A stretch of DNA of 64,000 nt from Centroscyllium fabricii. Taxonomy: Eukaryota. The notes below the pieces were generated by a model, which saw only the letters and a program-made list of their open reading frames with translations, searched no databases and was not told the DNA's origin. The stretch spans positions 35,526,001 to 35,590,000 of the forward strand of contig JBNRSN020000007.1 of the NCBI GenBank assembly GCA_051313645.2, written 5' to 3'. A program made the translations under genes and the position numbers. Positions 34,447 to 47,754 of this stretch are shown here, one piece after another. Within the stretch, counting starts at the first letter, position 1. Every line of letters starts with the position of its first letter.

Positions 34447-35218
34447 AGAAACATAGAAACATAGAAGATAGGAGCAGGAGTAGGCCATTCGGCCCTTCGA
34501 GCCTGCTCCGCCATTCAATGAAATCATGGCTGATCATCCAAACCCAGTACCCTGTCCCTGCCCTCTCCCCATATCCCTCGATCCCTATCGAGCCTGCACC
34601 GACACATATCCCACCCTATCCCAGTAACCCCACATACTCAATCGCCCTAACACTAAGGGTTAATTTATCCTGGCCAATCAACCTAACCCGCACATCTTTG
34701 GACAAAGGTGGAAGGTGCCTTCTACCTTTTTTTGGAGCCAAGGTATGAATGGCAACTAAACATAAATGTGTAATGCAAAATACATATGCACACTGTTCAA
34801 TCCTCATTCATACCCGGCTCCCATTATCGTTGTATAAATCGCAGAAACACAGAAGATAGGAGCAGGAGTAGGCCATTCGGCCCTTCGCGCCTGCTCCGCC
34901 ATTTCTGATGCGATCATGGCTGATCATCCAAACCCAGCATCCCCCTCCTACCCTCTGCCCATAACCCCCGACACCCCCAACTCTAAGAACTATATCTCAC
35001 ACACATACTCATGGGCAATTTTTTTTTTAGTATCTCCAATTCACCTAACCTGCATGTCTTTGGGTGGTGGGAGGAAACCGGAGTACCCGGAGGAAACCCA
35101 CACTAACACGGGGAGAACATGCAAACTCCACGCAGTGAGGTCCCCGGGCCAAGCAGGATTCGAACCCAGGAGCTCCTTATTGCGAGGCAGCAGTGCTAAC
35201 CACTGCGCCACCGTGTCG
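34447..35218 (-). mobile_element. Two V-SINE copies (34447-34703 partial; 34843-35218 full)
   Basis: Homology to other SINE copies in the window. Confidence 0.88.
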
Positions 35219-35569
35219 TTCACATTCATATACAGTCACCATTGCCATTACATACTTTGCTTAATCTTATTCATGTATCATGAAAATAAGAAATATGTAA
35301 TTTTTCCTCCTTCACAAACCATTATTAATGCAGGCTGATCAGAAATCCCATCTTGCTATCAAATGGAATTTTCTTTTGGGCTCATAAATTGATTTATGCC
35401 CACCCTTTGCATGAATCTGGCATCTCATGAATGGTTTTGGTCCATCTCATCCTTAACTGCCTCAGTGCTCCTTAGAAGGCGGGAAGTGGCAATTGGCACG
35501 GGAGTGCAGTTCCACAGGTGATAGTAGTGCCCTGTCCCAGTGGTTACATTTAAAAATAAAAAATAAATA

Positions 35570-37175
35570 AAAATTCTTCGTTGATGGGATGTGGGCGTCA
35601 CTGGCTGGCTAGGCCTGCATTTAGTGCCAATCCTTAATTGCACTTGAAAAGAAGGTGGTGGTGAGCCGCCTTCTTGAACCGCTGCAGTCCATATGGTCAT
35701 AGAGTAATACAGCACAGAAAGAGGCCCTTTGGCCCATCGGGTCCGTGCCGCCCATCAATCCCAGTCTACTAGTCCCATTTTCCCGCATTTGGTCCGTAGC
35801 CTTGTATGCTGTGGCATTTCAAGTGCTCATCCAAATGCTTTTTGAATGTTGTGAGGGTTCCCGCCTCTACCACCCTCTCAGGCAGTGAGTTCCAGACTCC
35901 AACCACCCTCTGGGTGAAAAAGTTCTTCCTCACATCCCCACGATACCTCCTGCCCCTTACCCTAAAATTATGCCCCCTAGTTATTGACCCCTCAACCAAG
36001 GGAAAAAGTTTCACTCCATCCACCTTACCTATTCCCCTCATAATTTTGTATACCTCAATCAGGTCCCCCCTCAGCCTCCTCTGCTCCAAGGAAAACAACC
36101 CCAGTCTCTCTTCATAGCTGAGGCTTCCCAGCCCAGGCAGCCCAGGTGTAGGTACACCCACAATGTTGCGTAGCGGTTGTTTACAACTGAGTGGCTTGCT
36201 AGGCCATTTCAGAGGGCATTAAGAGTCAACCACATTGTTGTGGGTCTGGAGTCACATGTAGGCCAGACCAGGTAAGGACGGCAGATTTCCTTCCCTAAAG
36301 GACATTAGTGAACCAGATGGGTTTTTGCAACAATCGACAATGGTATCATGGTCACCATTACTAAGACTAACATTTAATTCCAGAATTAAATTGAATTGAA
36401 TTTAAATTCCACCAGCTGCTGTGGTGGGATATGAACCCATATCCTCAGAGCATTTGACTGAGCCTCGACTAGTCTAGTGACATAACCACTACGCCACCGC
36501 CTCCCCCAGGCCACTCCGCACGCTATGCGACAAGCGCCTGCACATCCTATCCTCACCCAAAGTCAACAGTCCTGGACTTCGAACGGGAACATAAGAATTA
36601 GGAGCAGGAGGAGCTCACATGGCCCTTTGCGCCTGCTCCACCATTCAACAAGATCATGGCTGTTCCTGGGCTTCAACTCCACTTTCCCGCCCGATCCTCC
36701 ATATCCCTTAATTCTCAATGAGCCCAAAAATCTATCGATCTCAGCCTTGAATATAATTAATAACTCCGCATCCACAGCCCGCTGGGGCAGAGAATTCCAA
36801 AGATTCACAACCCTCTGAGTGAAGGAATTCCTCCTCCTCTCAGTCTTAAATGGCCGGTCCTTTATCGTAAAACTATGTCCCCAACTTCTAGACACTCCAG
36901 CCAGGGGAAACAACCTCTCTGCATCTACCCTATCAACCCCCCTCAGAATCTTAGATGTTTCAATGAGATCACCTCTCATTCTCCTAAACTTCACAGAGAA
37001 TACAGGCTCAATCTCTCTTCATAGGACAACCCTCTCATCCCAGGGATCAACCTAGTGAACCTTCATTGCACCGCCTCCAAGGAAAATATGTCCTTCTTCA
37101 GATAAGGAGACCAAAACTGTGCCCAGTACTCCAGGTGTGGTCTCACCAAAACCCTGTACAATTGTAGCAAGACTT
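35570..37175 (-). mobile_element. Nested LINE/SINE cluster with CR1 3' fragments at 35697-36140 and 36588-37175
   Basis: ORF2 C-terminal motifs in ORFs 35769-36161 and 36563-36994. Confidence 0.85.
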
Positions 37176-37569
37176 CTTGAGTGTTTGCTGGATAGTGATC
37201 TTGAACAGGAGCCTTGGCTGATTATTTATTTTTAAATTAACCACAGCCCGAGGGCACTGAACCCAATTATGGATTTCTGCCGCCCTGTGGGTGAGAGCAG
37301 CTAAATCAGCACAGGCCAGAGATTTAAGTGGAACTTTGTTGGGTCCTTTCAGAGCAATACCACAGGATTCAATGCATTGAATACACGGAGACCTCAATGG
37401 CGTAATTCTAAAACATGACATAGGTTTAATGTTAGCTTTTCCTTAAGGTATTAAGTAGTTGCTTGTAACTAACTGAAGTTAAATGTTTTAAAAATCTATT
37501 TTGAAGTGTTACAAAATAAAACAAGCTTTTAAAAAATAAATAAACCTCATAAAATGTGTATTGTTGCAG

Positions 37570-37712
37570 CGAGAAGATTTTCCAGACTCGTGAAGAGGAG
37601 ATGTGTTTTCTGAGGAGAGCTTCAGAAGCCCTGATACGCAAACTACTTCCGGATTCAGTATGGAAATTAAACTTTTACCGACACTTACTGAGGGAAGTTG
37701 TTGCACTGAAAG
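37570..37712 (+). CDS. PXA-domain gene, exon b (GC donor)
   Basis: Acceptor TTGTTGCAG; EKIFQTREEEMCFLRRASEALIRKLLPDSVWKLNFYRHLLREVVALK matches the PXA E-x-x-FLR...LLP...LLRE pattern; phase 2 to 1; donor AAG/GCAGGT. Confidence 0.85.
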
Positions 37713-37799
37713 GCAGGTAGCAGCGCTGACTGAACTAAAGCCTGAAAGAAACTTATGAGGTTATTGTTAATGTGCTTTCTGAAAGCGTCCATTGCTGTA

Positions 37800-38293
37800 C
37801 TATCTCCTGCCCTCCATAAACCGAAGCTCTGCTGCCCATATCCTAACTCGCACCAGGTCCCGGTCGCCCATCTCCCCTCTGCTCACTGACCGACATTGGC
37901 TCCTGGCCCAGCAATGCCTCAAATTTAAAATTCTCATCCTTGTGTTCAAATCCCTCCGTGGCTTTGCCCCTCCCAATCTCTGCAACCTTCTCCAGCCCTA
38001 CAACCCTCCGAGAACTCTGCGCTCCCCTAATTCTGGCCTCTTGTACATCCCCGATTTCCTTCGCTCCACCATTGCCGGCCGTGCCCTCCGCTGCCTCGGC
38101 CCGAAGCTCTGGAATTCCCTCCCTAAACCTCTCCGCCTCTCCAACTCTCGCTCCTCCTTTAAGAGGCTTCTTAAAACCTACCTCTTTGACCAAGCTTTTG
38201 GTCACCTGCCCTAATTAGCTCTATGTCTGAAAACGCTCCTGGGATGTCTTACTACGCCAAAGGTGTTATATAAATGCAAGTTGCTGTTGTTCT
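37800..38293 (+). mobile_element. L2-clade LINE 3' end
   Basis: AAHILTRTR...HWL...FKILILVFKSL...RTLRS...LWNSLP...FKRLLKTYLF; tail TATATAAATGCAAGTTG(TTG)n; second copy at 50465-50685 on minus. Confidence 0.88.
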
Positions 38294-38773
38294 TGAAATA
38301 AAAACCTGCAATTAAGTCAAGTCAGCAAACATTATTATAATTGCCGATCATCTTAAGATTTTTGTGAGCTTTTCATTTTAGCTGAATGCTCTAAAATGGT
38401 AATTGTCCTTTTGATTTATCCACAGTGAAGTAAACTGTATTATTTCCTTTCTGCTACAGCTGCTTTTATATTGTGTTTAGTTAACTCCTGACACGCAGGT
38501 ATTGCCCAACCCAAGAGTAACCTTGCCAGATTGCCCGCTTGAAGGATCGGTTTTTAAATCTTGATTTTTGTCTTCAATCGGCCTTAGCGAATCCAGCAAG
38601 TTTACTCTGGGGTTGCTGCTAGCTGTAAGTGATCCACGTGCCGGAAGCTGGAGACCTTAGCACCCATTAAGTCCAATATACTGCCATAGGTGCAGTCCAT
38701 TACATGCTATATGATGGGGCCGACCAAATGCGAATAAGCATATTAGCACATAATGAGAATTGTTATGCATATA

Positions 38774-39341
38774 GAGGTTGAGCACCGTTAATCCAGCACC
38801 CTTGGGACCAGGCCGGTGCCGGACCACTGAAAATTCCGAACCACTGAAGGTTCGGGGGGAGCGCGTGGTAGAATATTCCCCAGGACCCAGAGTGCGCGGT
38901 TAGAACACTCCCTGGGAGGGAGCCCGGGGATCGAACACTCCCCGGGGCCCGGAGCACGCGGGTAGAACACTCCTCGGGGCCCGGAGCACGCGGGTAGAAC
39001 ACTCCTCGGGGCCCGGAGCGTGCGGGTAGAACACTCCCCGGGGCCCGGAGCGCGCGGGTAGAACACTCCCCGGGGCCCGGAGCGCACGGTAGAACACTCC
39101 CCGGGGCCCGGAGCGCGCGGGTAGAACACTCCCTGGGAGGGAGCCCGGGGATAGAACACTTACAGAACCTAAAAAAACAGAAACCCAAACACCTGACGCC
39201 TTCGGCGCTTGCTCACCCTTCCTGGGAAACGGTGGCGCCGCCGAGCAGCTGCTCCGCAAATTGGAGAGCGCCGGTTTCCAATCGTGCCGGACCACTGAAG
39301 TTGCCGCACCATCGGGTGCCTGATTACTGGTGCGCAACCTG
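38774..39341. mobile_element. pogo/Tigger-like MITE with expanded 32-bp repeat
   Basis: Reverse complement of 8325-8672; unit GGTAGAACACTCCCCGGGGCCCGGAGCGCGCG. Confidence 0.88.
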
Positions 39342-39537
39342 TATTAACTTGGGGTTTTGTCAAAATCTCTTTATAATGGGTTAGTGCGGGGGGGTTAAAG
39401 TCAAATTTCCATCGAAGCTTCTTGGAATAGGAGAACTGACTTAAGTAAAATGTAAATGTTTGCTGATTTCAACACCCTACCAACTGAGCTCAATAAGTCG
39501 TGCTGTGTGTTTAGATGTTGAATTGAGAGACATGGCA

Positions 39538-40316
39538 GGGGGGGGGATTTTCATGTCCCTGTGAGGCGGGGTTTTGGGCAGCTGGGAGCTGAAAATAGAA
39601 ATTCTGGGGTCCTGCCCCAGCCCGCCAGTTTTGCATTTTCAGACGGCCACTTTCCCCGCCCCGAATCCTTCCTGCCGGCGGCCGGTGGGGATGGTTGTTG
39701 AGATTGTTAAGGGCCCTTAATTGGCATCTGTACTGCCATTTTAAGGGCCCTTTGGAATTTTTAGCCATTTCCCACCCATTCTCCGTCACCTTAAACCCCG
39801 CTGGGTGAAATCCAGCGGGAGCACAGCGCTGGTCATTACTTTCTCCTTCAAGGTCATGAGGACGTGCTCCAAAATGCTTGTCGTGCCTCTAGAACCTTAG
39901 AGAAATAAGTCATTCCGTGATGGGTGCACCAGCTGTGGGCAAAAACTGAGAAATCTCAGCTTTGCACATTTCCTGACAGCCGCTGGCTTGCTGTCAAGGA
40001 TTCGGAGCCCGCCCGCCCACCCACCTGTCAGTCACCAGCACTGGACCTTTCCCAGTGGTTGCACTCGACTGTGATGTCACAGTGGAGTGTTTCCATGGGA
40101 ACTGTCAACAACCAGTGCTGGAACTGTCAATCAAACTGCTCGAACCCCGCTGCAGCCCTGACTCGATTGATTCAATTAGCACCGGCCGCCGCAGGCGGGG
40201 ATTTAACTTAATTAAATTAAAATTGTGTGGGGTTCCCAGGTCTTTTGGCCAGGCGGGACAGGAACCCGCCCCGACCAATCGCCACCAGGTTCCCGCACCT
40301 CCGGTGAAATCCCCCC
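39538..40316. mobile_element. PIF/Harbinger-like MITE family A
   Basis: GGGGGGATTT...AAATCCCCCC TIRs; homologous to 4247-5025. Confidence 0.82.
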
Positions 40317-40504
40317 TATGGGGTTAGAACTGGTGGATAAATAGAGAATGTTACTAGAATGCATCAGGCGAGGAATGTCCTATGTGGCGGGGGGGAAATG
40401 CATGAGTATCTGGACATGAAAATCAGGGCAGGACCGGGTTTAGCTGCAGGGACTCACTCCCTATGGTTGAACAGATAAGCATATTTCATTGTGTCAGCTC
40501 ACAT

Positions 40505-41370
40505 ATACATAGAAACATGGAAGATAGGAGCAGGAGTAGGCCATTCGGCCCTTCGAGCCTGCTCTGCCATTCAATGAGATCATGGCTGATCTTTGGCTGA
40601 GATCATGGCTGATCTTTCAAGTTTAGTACCCCGTCCCCGCCTTCTCTCCGTAACCCTTAATCCCTTTAGCCTGAAGAAATATATCCAATTCCCTCAACTG
40701 GCCTCCACTGCCCTCTGTGGCAAGGAATTCCACAGGCTCACCACTCTCTGGGTGAAGAAATTCTTCCTCATATCTGTCCTAAATGGTTTTCCCCTTATCC
40801 TTAGACTGTGGCCCCTGGTTCTGGACTCCCCCGCCATTGGAAACATTCTTTCTGAATCTAACCTGTCCAGGCCTGTCAGAATTTTATATGTTTCAATGAG
40901 ATCCCCTCTCAATCTTCTAAACTCCAGCGAGTACAAGCCCAAACTACACAATCTCTCCTCGTAGGTCATTCCTGCCATTCCAGGTATCATCCTGGTGAAT
41001 CGCCGCCGCACTTCTCCCATGGCAAGAACATCCTTCCTCAGATGAGGCGACCAGAACTGTACACAATACTCAAGGTGTGGTCTCACCAGTGCCTTGTACA
41101 GCTGTAGTAAGGTATCCTTATTCCTATACTCGAACCCTCTTGATATGAAGGCCAACATACCATTTGCCGCCTTAACCGCCTGTTGCACCTGCGTGCTCGC
41201 CCTCAGTGACTGGTGCACAAGAACACCCAGGTCTCTCTGCACTTCCCCATCTCCCAATCTATTGCCATTTAAATAATAATCTGCCCTCCTGTTTTTGCCC
41301 CCAAAGTGGACATTTATCCACATTATAGTGCATTTGCCATGTATCTGACCAATCCCCCAACTTGTCCAAT
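40505..41370 (-). mobile_element. CR1 3' fragment
   Basis: ORF 40694-41425 ORF2 C-terminus and tail. Confidence 0.93.
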
Positions 41371-41614
41371 ACAATAGGCAAGATAATAGAGGGCAGGCTG
41401 TGTCCAAACAAGAGCACTCCAGCATGAGTCAGCCCATTCAGGGCAGGAGGGGAGGAAACTGGACAAGAATCTGTAGGTAGTAATATTGTATATGAAGCAT
41501 TATTAATTTTAAAATATATTCATTTTGTTAGGATGCACTGAAAATAGTGAGGTAAGAAACATTCATTGTCAAAACATTCATTTTTTGCCTCTACGTTTTC
41601 CTCTCCCACAACAG

Positions 41615-41765
41615 GTTTGGAGGAAGTGATAAATATGGTTTGTGACTCTGACTTTATCAATCAGGCGTTGATCAAATTTTTGGATAAAGACGCGCCTGTG
41701 ACGAAGGAAGAGGAGGTCATTCCAGCTGCTACCCCTGAAACTGTGCGAAATGATGAAATCATTAT
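41615..41765 (+). CDS. PXA-domain gene, exon c
   Basis: Pyrimidine tract plus ACAG; GLEEVINMVCDSDFINQALI (PXA C-terminal D-x-D-F-I-N); donor GTGAGT; phase 1 to 2. Confidence 0.85.
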
Positions 41766-41848
41766 GTGAGTAGAGACTTTGTAATGCAAGCTGCAGTTTC
41801 TATCTCCCTCCCTCTGGAACTAAAGGCATTTGTTTTTAGTGACGCCTC

Positions 41849-44800
41849 TGTGACCGAAATAACGACCTCGTGGACGAGTAGTTAAGAGGATGAAACAATT
41901 AGGCTTTTATTCACTAAAAGTGGACATGCACCAGCTAGTCGACCGTCTCCAGGAATGGCAGGGGGAAGGGAGACGGCCGCTTATGTACCTGGTCCCGGAA
42001 GGGAGGAGTCGCAGGCGGGGCCAGCATAGGCATGTCCAGGTAATCGTACACAGTGAACTATAATACAACATGGTGAATAGTACGATTACAACGATACATA
42101 TATATACATAAAAGAGTGGATATATATACATAAAAGAGTGGTTTACCACATTCACCCCTTCTTTAAAACGAAAGTCCAGCGGGGTGAATGCGACAGTTCT
42201 TTTAATTTACAGGTTCAGTCTTTCAGGCGGCCTGGTAAGCCTGGTGGAACGGCGCACCGCTGGTGGTGTCGGCGGGCGTGAAATAGCCGGTTGTGTTGGT
42301 CGCCCCGCTGGTGATGGTGTCGGTGGGCGTACGATAGCCGGCTGAGTTGGTTGGTTCCTCGTCGGTGCCCTTGCGGTGGCTTGGTTCCTCGTCGGTGCCC
42401 TTGCGGTGACGGTTGGCGGCGCGCTCTCCCCCTCATCGTCTGACTCTAGGGGCCGTGTGCTATGGAGCCATGCTGGAGGCCATGCCGTGCTGCCTACAGG
42501 TGCCGGGTGGACGTACCGTGGTGCCTGATTCTCGTGCCGGGGAGCGTACCTTGGTGCCGGTGGCCCGGGTGGGGTGGCTGGCAAGCGCGGGGTTGCGGGC
42601 TGCTGGGCGGGGCTGGTTTTGGGGGCCCCCGCTGGTGCCAGGTCCTTGATGGACACTGTGTCCTCCCTCCCGTCGGGGTACGCCACGTAGGCATACTGGG
42701 GATTGGCGTGCAGGAGGTGGACCCGTTCGACCAGGGGGTCTGCCTTGTGGCCCCTCACGTGCTTCCGGAGTAGGACTGGTCCCGGGGATAATAGCCACGA
42801 TGGCAGCGAGGTCCCAGAAGCCGACTTCCTGGGGAAGGCAAAAAGTCACTCGTGAGGGGTGGCATTAGTAGCCGTACAAAGGAGTGACCGGATCGAGTGG
42901 AGCGCTTCGGGGAGGACGTCCTGCCAGCGTGAGACTGGGAGGCCTTTAGACCGTAGGGCTAACAGGATGGCCTTCCAGACAGTGGCGTTCTCCCTCTCTA
43001 CCTGTCCGTTCCCCCGGGGGTTGTAGCTGGTAGTCCTGCTAGTAGCGATGCCTTTGGCTAGCAGGAACTGACGCAGCTCGTCACTCATGAAAGAGGCCCC
43101 CCGGTCGCTATGGATGTAGCTGGGGTAGCCGAACAGGGAGAAAATGCTGTGGAGGGCCTTGATGACTGTGGCAGAGGTCATGTCCGGGCAGCGGATGGCA
43201 AAGGGGAAGCGTGAGTACTCGTCGATGACGTTAAGGAAGTACACGTTCCTGTTGGCGGAGGGAAGGTGCCCTTTAAAATCGACGCTGAGTCGTTCAAAGG
43301 GGCGGGTGGCCTTGATCAGATGCGCCCGGTCTGGCCGATAGAAGTGCGGCTTGCACTCCGCACAGACCTGGCAGTTGCTGGTCATGGTCTTGACCTCCTC
43401 GATGGAGTAGGGAAGGTTGCGGGAATTCACAAAGTGAACCAACCTGGTGACCCCCGGGTGGCAGAGGTCGTTGTGCAGGGTTTGGAGACGGTCTACTTGT
43501 GCACTGGCACATGTACCGCGGGATAGGGCGTCTGGGGGTTCGTTGAATTTCCCGGGCCGGTACAAGATATCATAATTGAAAGCGGAGAGCTCAATTCTCC
43601 ACCTTAATATCTTGTCGTTCTTGATTTTACCCCGCTCTTTGTTGTTGAACATAAAAGCGACTGAGCGTTGGTCAGTCAGCAGGGTAAATCGTTTGCCAGC
43701 CAGGTAGTGCTTCCAGTGACGCACTGCTTCAACAATGGCCTGGGCCTCCTTCTCGACTGAGGAGTGACGGGTCTCGGGGCCCTGGAGGGTACGTGAGAAG
43801 AAGGCCACGGGTCTGCTCGCCTGGTTAAGGGTGGCGGCCAGGGCAAAGTCCGATGCATCGCTCTCGACCTGGAACGGGACCGACTCGTCCACAGCATGCA
43901 TCGTTGCCTTTGCAATGTCGTCCTTAATGCAGCAGAACGCCGCGCGGGCATCTGCTGACGGGGAATGAGGTTGATTTAAGTAGTGGGCGAGCTTTGTCCG
44001 CATAGTTGGGGACCCACTGGGCATAATAGGCGAAGAACCCCAAGCACCTTTTGAGGGCCTTGAGGGGGAGGGGGAGCTCCAGGAGGGGACGCATGCGGTC
44101 CGGGTCGGGACCGATGACCCCATTCTCCACAATACTGCCGAGGATGGCGAGGCGGGTGGTCCTGAACACACAGAAAAATGTGTGTTATAGGTCAGGTTGA
44201 GTGTTTTGGCGGTGTGGAGAAATTTCTGGAGGTTGGCGTCGTGGTCCTGCTGATCGTGGCCGCAGATGGTCACATTATCGAGATACGGGAAAGTGGCTCG
44301 CAGCCCGTACTGATCGACTATTCGGTCCATCTCCCTTTGGAAGACCGAGACCCCATTCGTGACGCCAAACGGGACCCTGAGGAAGTGATAGAGGCGACCG
44401 TCAGCCTCGAAGGCAGTATAGAGACGGTCCTCTGGGCGAATGGGGAGCTGGTGATACGCGGACTTCAGATCTATGGTTGAGAAAACCCGAAACTGCGCGA
44501 TCTGATTAACCATGTCCGCTATCCGGGGAAGGGGGTACGCGTCTAACTGGGTGAACCGGTTAATGGTCTGGCTATAGTCCACTACCATCCGGTTCTTAGC
44601 TCCGGTCTTCACCACCACTACCTGCGCCCTCCAGGGGCTGTTACTGGCCTCGATGACCCCCTCCCTCAGGAGGCGCTTCACCTCGGACTTAATGAAGTCC
44701 ATGTCCCCGGCACTGTAGCGCCTACTTTTGGTGGCGACGGGCTTGCAGTCCGGGGTGAGGTTAGCAAAGAGCGAGGGAGGGGCGACCTTAAGGGTCGAGA

Positions 44801-46508
44801 GGCCACAGGTAGCGCGCTGTGGATGCTGCGAGGAGCGCCGGTTGTAGACCGTGAGCGGGGGAAGGGGCCCACCGTACGCCATGGTAATGCTTTGGAGGTG
44901 GCACTGGAAGTCCAGGCCCAATAATAATGGAGCGCAGAGCTGCGGCAGTACGAAAAATGTAAAATTATTAAAGTGCACGCCCCGTACTGTTAGAGCCACT
45001 GCGCAACGTCCGGGGACGTCCGCGGATTCCGACTTTGATGCCATTGAGATCTTTTGGCTCGCCGGCTTGACCTTAAGGGAGAGGCGCCTTACTGTTTCTG
45101 GGTGGACAAAACTCACCGTGCTCCCGCTGTTGAAGAGGCACTCGACGTCTTGTCCGTTCACTTCCACTGTCATCATTGACTTGCCAAGTGGTTGAGCCTT
45201 GTTCTGATCCAAGGTGACTGAAGCTAATATCGGATCGGTCGAGTCGTCTTGATCCGTAGAGAAGTCGTCTGGGGCCTGGCCCCAAGATGGCTGCCGCCAT
45301 GTGGTGTACTGCGGAGGGGGTGGCTGAGACCAAGATGGCGTCTGCTGCCACGCGGTGGGCTGTGTTGAGGATGGCTGTGTCCAAGATGGCTGCCCCCACG
45401 TCCCACACGCGGCGCTGCCCGGTTTCGGTTGCGGCACTGCAGTTGCTCTGCAGACTTTGGCGCAGTGTCCCTTTTTGCCGCATTTCGAGCAGGCCGCGTC
45501 TCTTGCCTGGCAGCTCCGTCTCGGATGCTGAGGCTTCCCGCAGAAGTAGCATTTGGCCGTCTTAGAGCGAGCGGCCGCAGTCATTTCTTCCACCGGCCGC
45601 GGTGCCGGCGATGTCCAATTTGTCGGGGCTGGGCCCGCGTAGTTTCCAGAGTATGATGATAAATTCAACGATGCCACATCCAGCGCGTTGTCCAGGTCCG
45701 CTGTTGCCTGCAGGTCAAGGCCGTTCTGCTCTAACAGCCTTTGACTAATATAGTCCAACCTGAGGCCCGTCACATACGCGTCCCTGATCAGGCTGTCCAC
45801 ATGGACCTGGGCCGATTGCGCTCTGCAGTCACAGGCCCGGGAGAGTAGTCGCAGCGCGCGTAGGAATTCCACGCTGGACTCACCGGGTTGCTGTTTTCTG
45901 GTAGCCAAGAGGTGTCTGGCGTGGACGATGTTGGGTGCCCGGTTGTACTCCGCTTTGAGGATCCGGATTGCATCCAAGTACGATGATGCGCCTACGATCA
46001 TGGAGTATACCTGAGGGCCCACCCGGGCATTGAGAAGACGTCGTTTGTCTTCTTCGGTCCTGACGACCGCTGCGTTCGCCTTGATGAACGCATCAAAGCA
46101 GTCGAACCAGTGCGAAAAGGTATTTGATGCGCCTGGTGTCCGGGGGTCCAGCTCGAACGTTGTTGGCTTGAGCATTGCTTCCATCGTCAAATTTAGTGAA
46201 TAAAATTGTGACCGAAATAACGACCTCGTGGACGAGTAGTTAAGAGGATGAAACAATTAGGCTTTTATTCACTAAAGGTGGACATGCACCAGCTAGTCGA
46301 CCGTCCCCAGGAATGGCAGGGGGAAGGGAGACGGCCGCTTATGTACCTGGTCCCAGAAGGGAGGAGTCGCAGGCGGGGCCAGCATGGGCATGTCCAGGTA
46401 ATCGTACACCGTGAACTATAATACAACATGGTGAATAGTACGATTACAACGATACATATATATACATAAAAGAGTGGATATATATACATAAAAGAGTGGT
46501 TTACCACA
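41849..46508 (-). mobile_element. Near full-length Gypsy LTR retrotransposon (intronic, antisense)
   Basis: 302-bp LTRs (41849-42150, 46207-46508, about 5 mismatches), TSD GCCTC, PPT AAGAAGGGGTGAA, single gag-pol in PR-RT-RH-IN order. Confidence 0.97.
42207..46184 (-). pseudogene. gag-pol: Gypsy gag-pol polyprotein, disrupted
   Basis: Two CCHC knuckles, protease site reads LFNSGS (Asp lost), RT DLKSAYHQ...VPFG...YLDN, RNase H, integrase; frameshifts near 44170, 43955 and 42850. Confidence 0.92.
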
Positions 46509-46980
46509 GCCTCCTTGAACTCCGCCCCCACTTGCAAGGCCGCGTTCCCGCCTGGGACTTAAAATCGGACCCCCTGAAAGTCAGCAGGCTCTGCAACCGA
46601 GGAAGGCATCACAGCTGGGTCCAAACCTGTTGTTCCCTGGAACTCCCTCCCTAACAGCATTGTGGGACTACCTTCATCACATGAACTGCAGCGGTTCAGG
46701 ACGGTGGCTCACCACCACCTTCTCAAGGTCAACTAGGGATGGGCAATAAATGCTGACCTTGCCAGTGATGCCCACATCCCATGAACGAATAAAAAAAAAA
46801 AAATGTTGGATGAGGGATAAATCTTGGCCAAGGCACCGGGGATAACTGCCCTGCTCTTCTTTGAAATACTGCCATGGGATCTTTTACATCTCCTTCAAAA
46901 GACAGATTCCGTCATTATCGTGTTGATGGGTGAGACAGCTTGGAGAAGTTAGGGGTAATTTTGCCGGCACTCAGGGTGGG

Positions 46981-47750
46981 TCTGAATGGCAATAGATTGG
47001 GAGAAGGGGAAGTACAACGAGACCTGGGTGTCCTTGTGCACCAGTCGCTGAAGGTGAGCATGCAGGTGCAGCAGGCGGTTAAGAAGGCAAATGGTATGTT
47101 GGCCTTCATAGCGAAAGGGTTCGAGTAAAGGAACAGGGCGGTCTTGCTGCAGTTGTACAGGGCCTTGGTGAGACCACACCTTGAGTACTGTGTGCAATTT
47201 TGGTCTCCTTATATAAGGAAGGACATTCTTGCCATGGAGGGAGTGCAGAGAAGATTCACCAGGCTGATACCTGGGATGGTAGGAATGACGTATGAGGAGA
47301 GACTGGGTAGACTGGGTTTGTACTCTCTGGAGTTTAGAAGATTGAGGGGGGATCTCATCGAAACGTATAAAATTCTAACTGGTCTGGACAAACTTGATGC
47401 AGGAAGAATGTTCCCAATGATCGGCGAGTCCAGAACCAGGGGTCATAGTCTAAGGATAAAGGGTAACTCATTTAGGACAGAGATGAGGAGGAATTTCTTC
47501 ACTGAGTGTCGTGAACCTGTGGAATTCTCTGCCAGAGAGGGCGGTGGAGGCTAGTTCATTGAATATATTCAAGAAGGAGCTGGATGTATTTCTTAAGACT
47601 AGAGGGATCAAGGGATATGGGGAGAAGGCAGGGACAGGGTACTGAGTTTGGATGATCAGCCATGATCTCATTGAATGGCGGAGCAGGCTCGAGGGGCCGA
47701 ATGGCCTACTCCTGCTCCTATCTTCTATGTTTCTATGTTTCTTCTATGTT
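46981..47750 (+). mobile_element. CR1 3' fragment
   Basis: Near-identical family to 26557-27370. Confidence 0.93.
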
Positions 47751-47754
47751 TGGA

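Noticed and set aside
38880-39160. 32-bp partly palindromic repeats resembling CRISPR direct repeats
   Set aside because: No spacers, no cas genes; expanded minisatellite in a TA-flanked MITE.
42099-42141. 22-bp tandem duplication in the Gypsy LTR
   Set aside because: Present in both LTRs; ordinary U3 variation.
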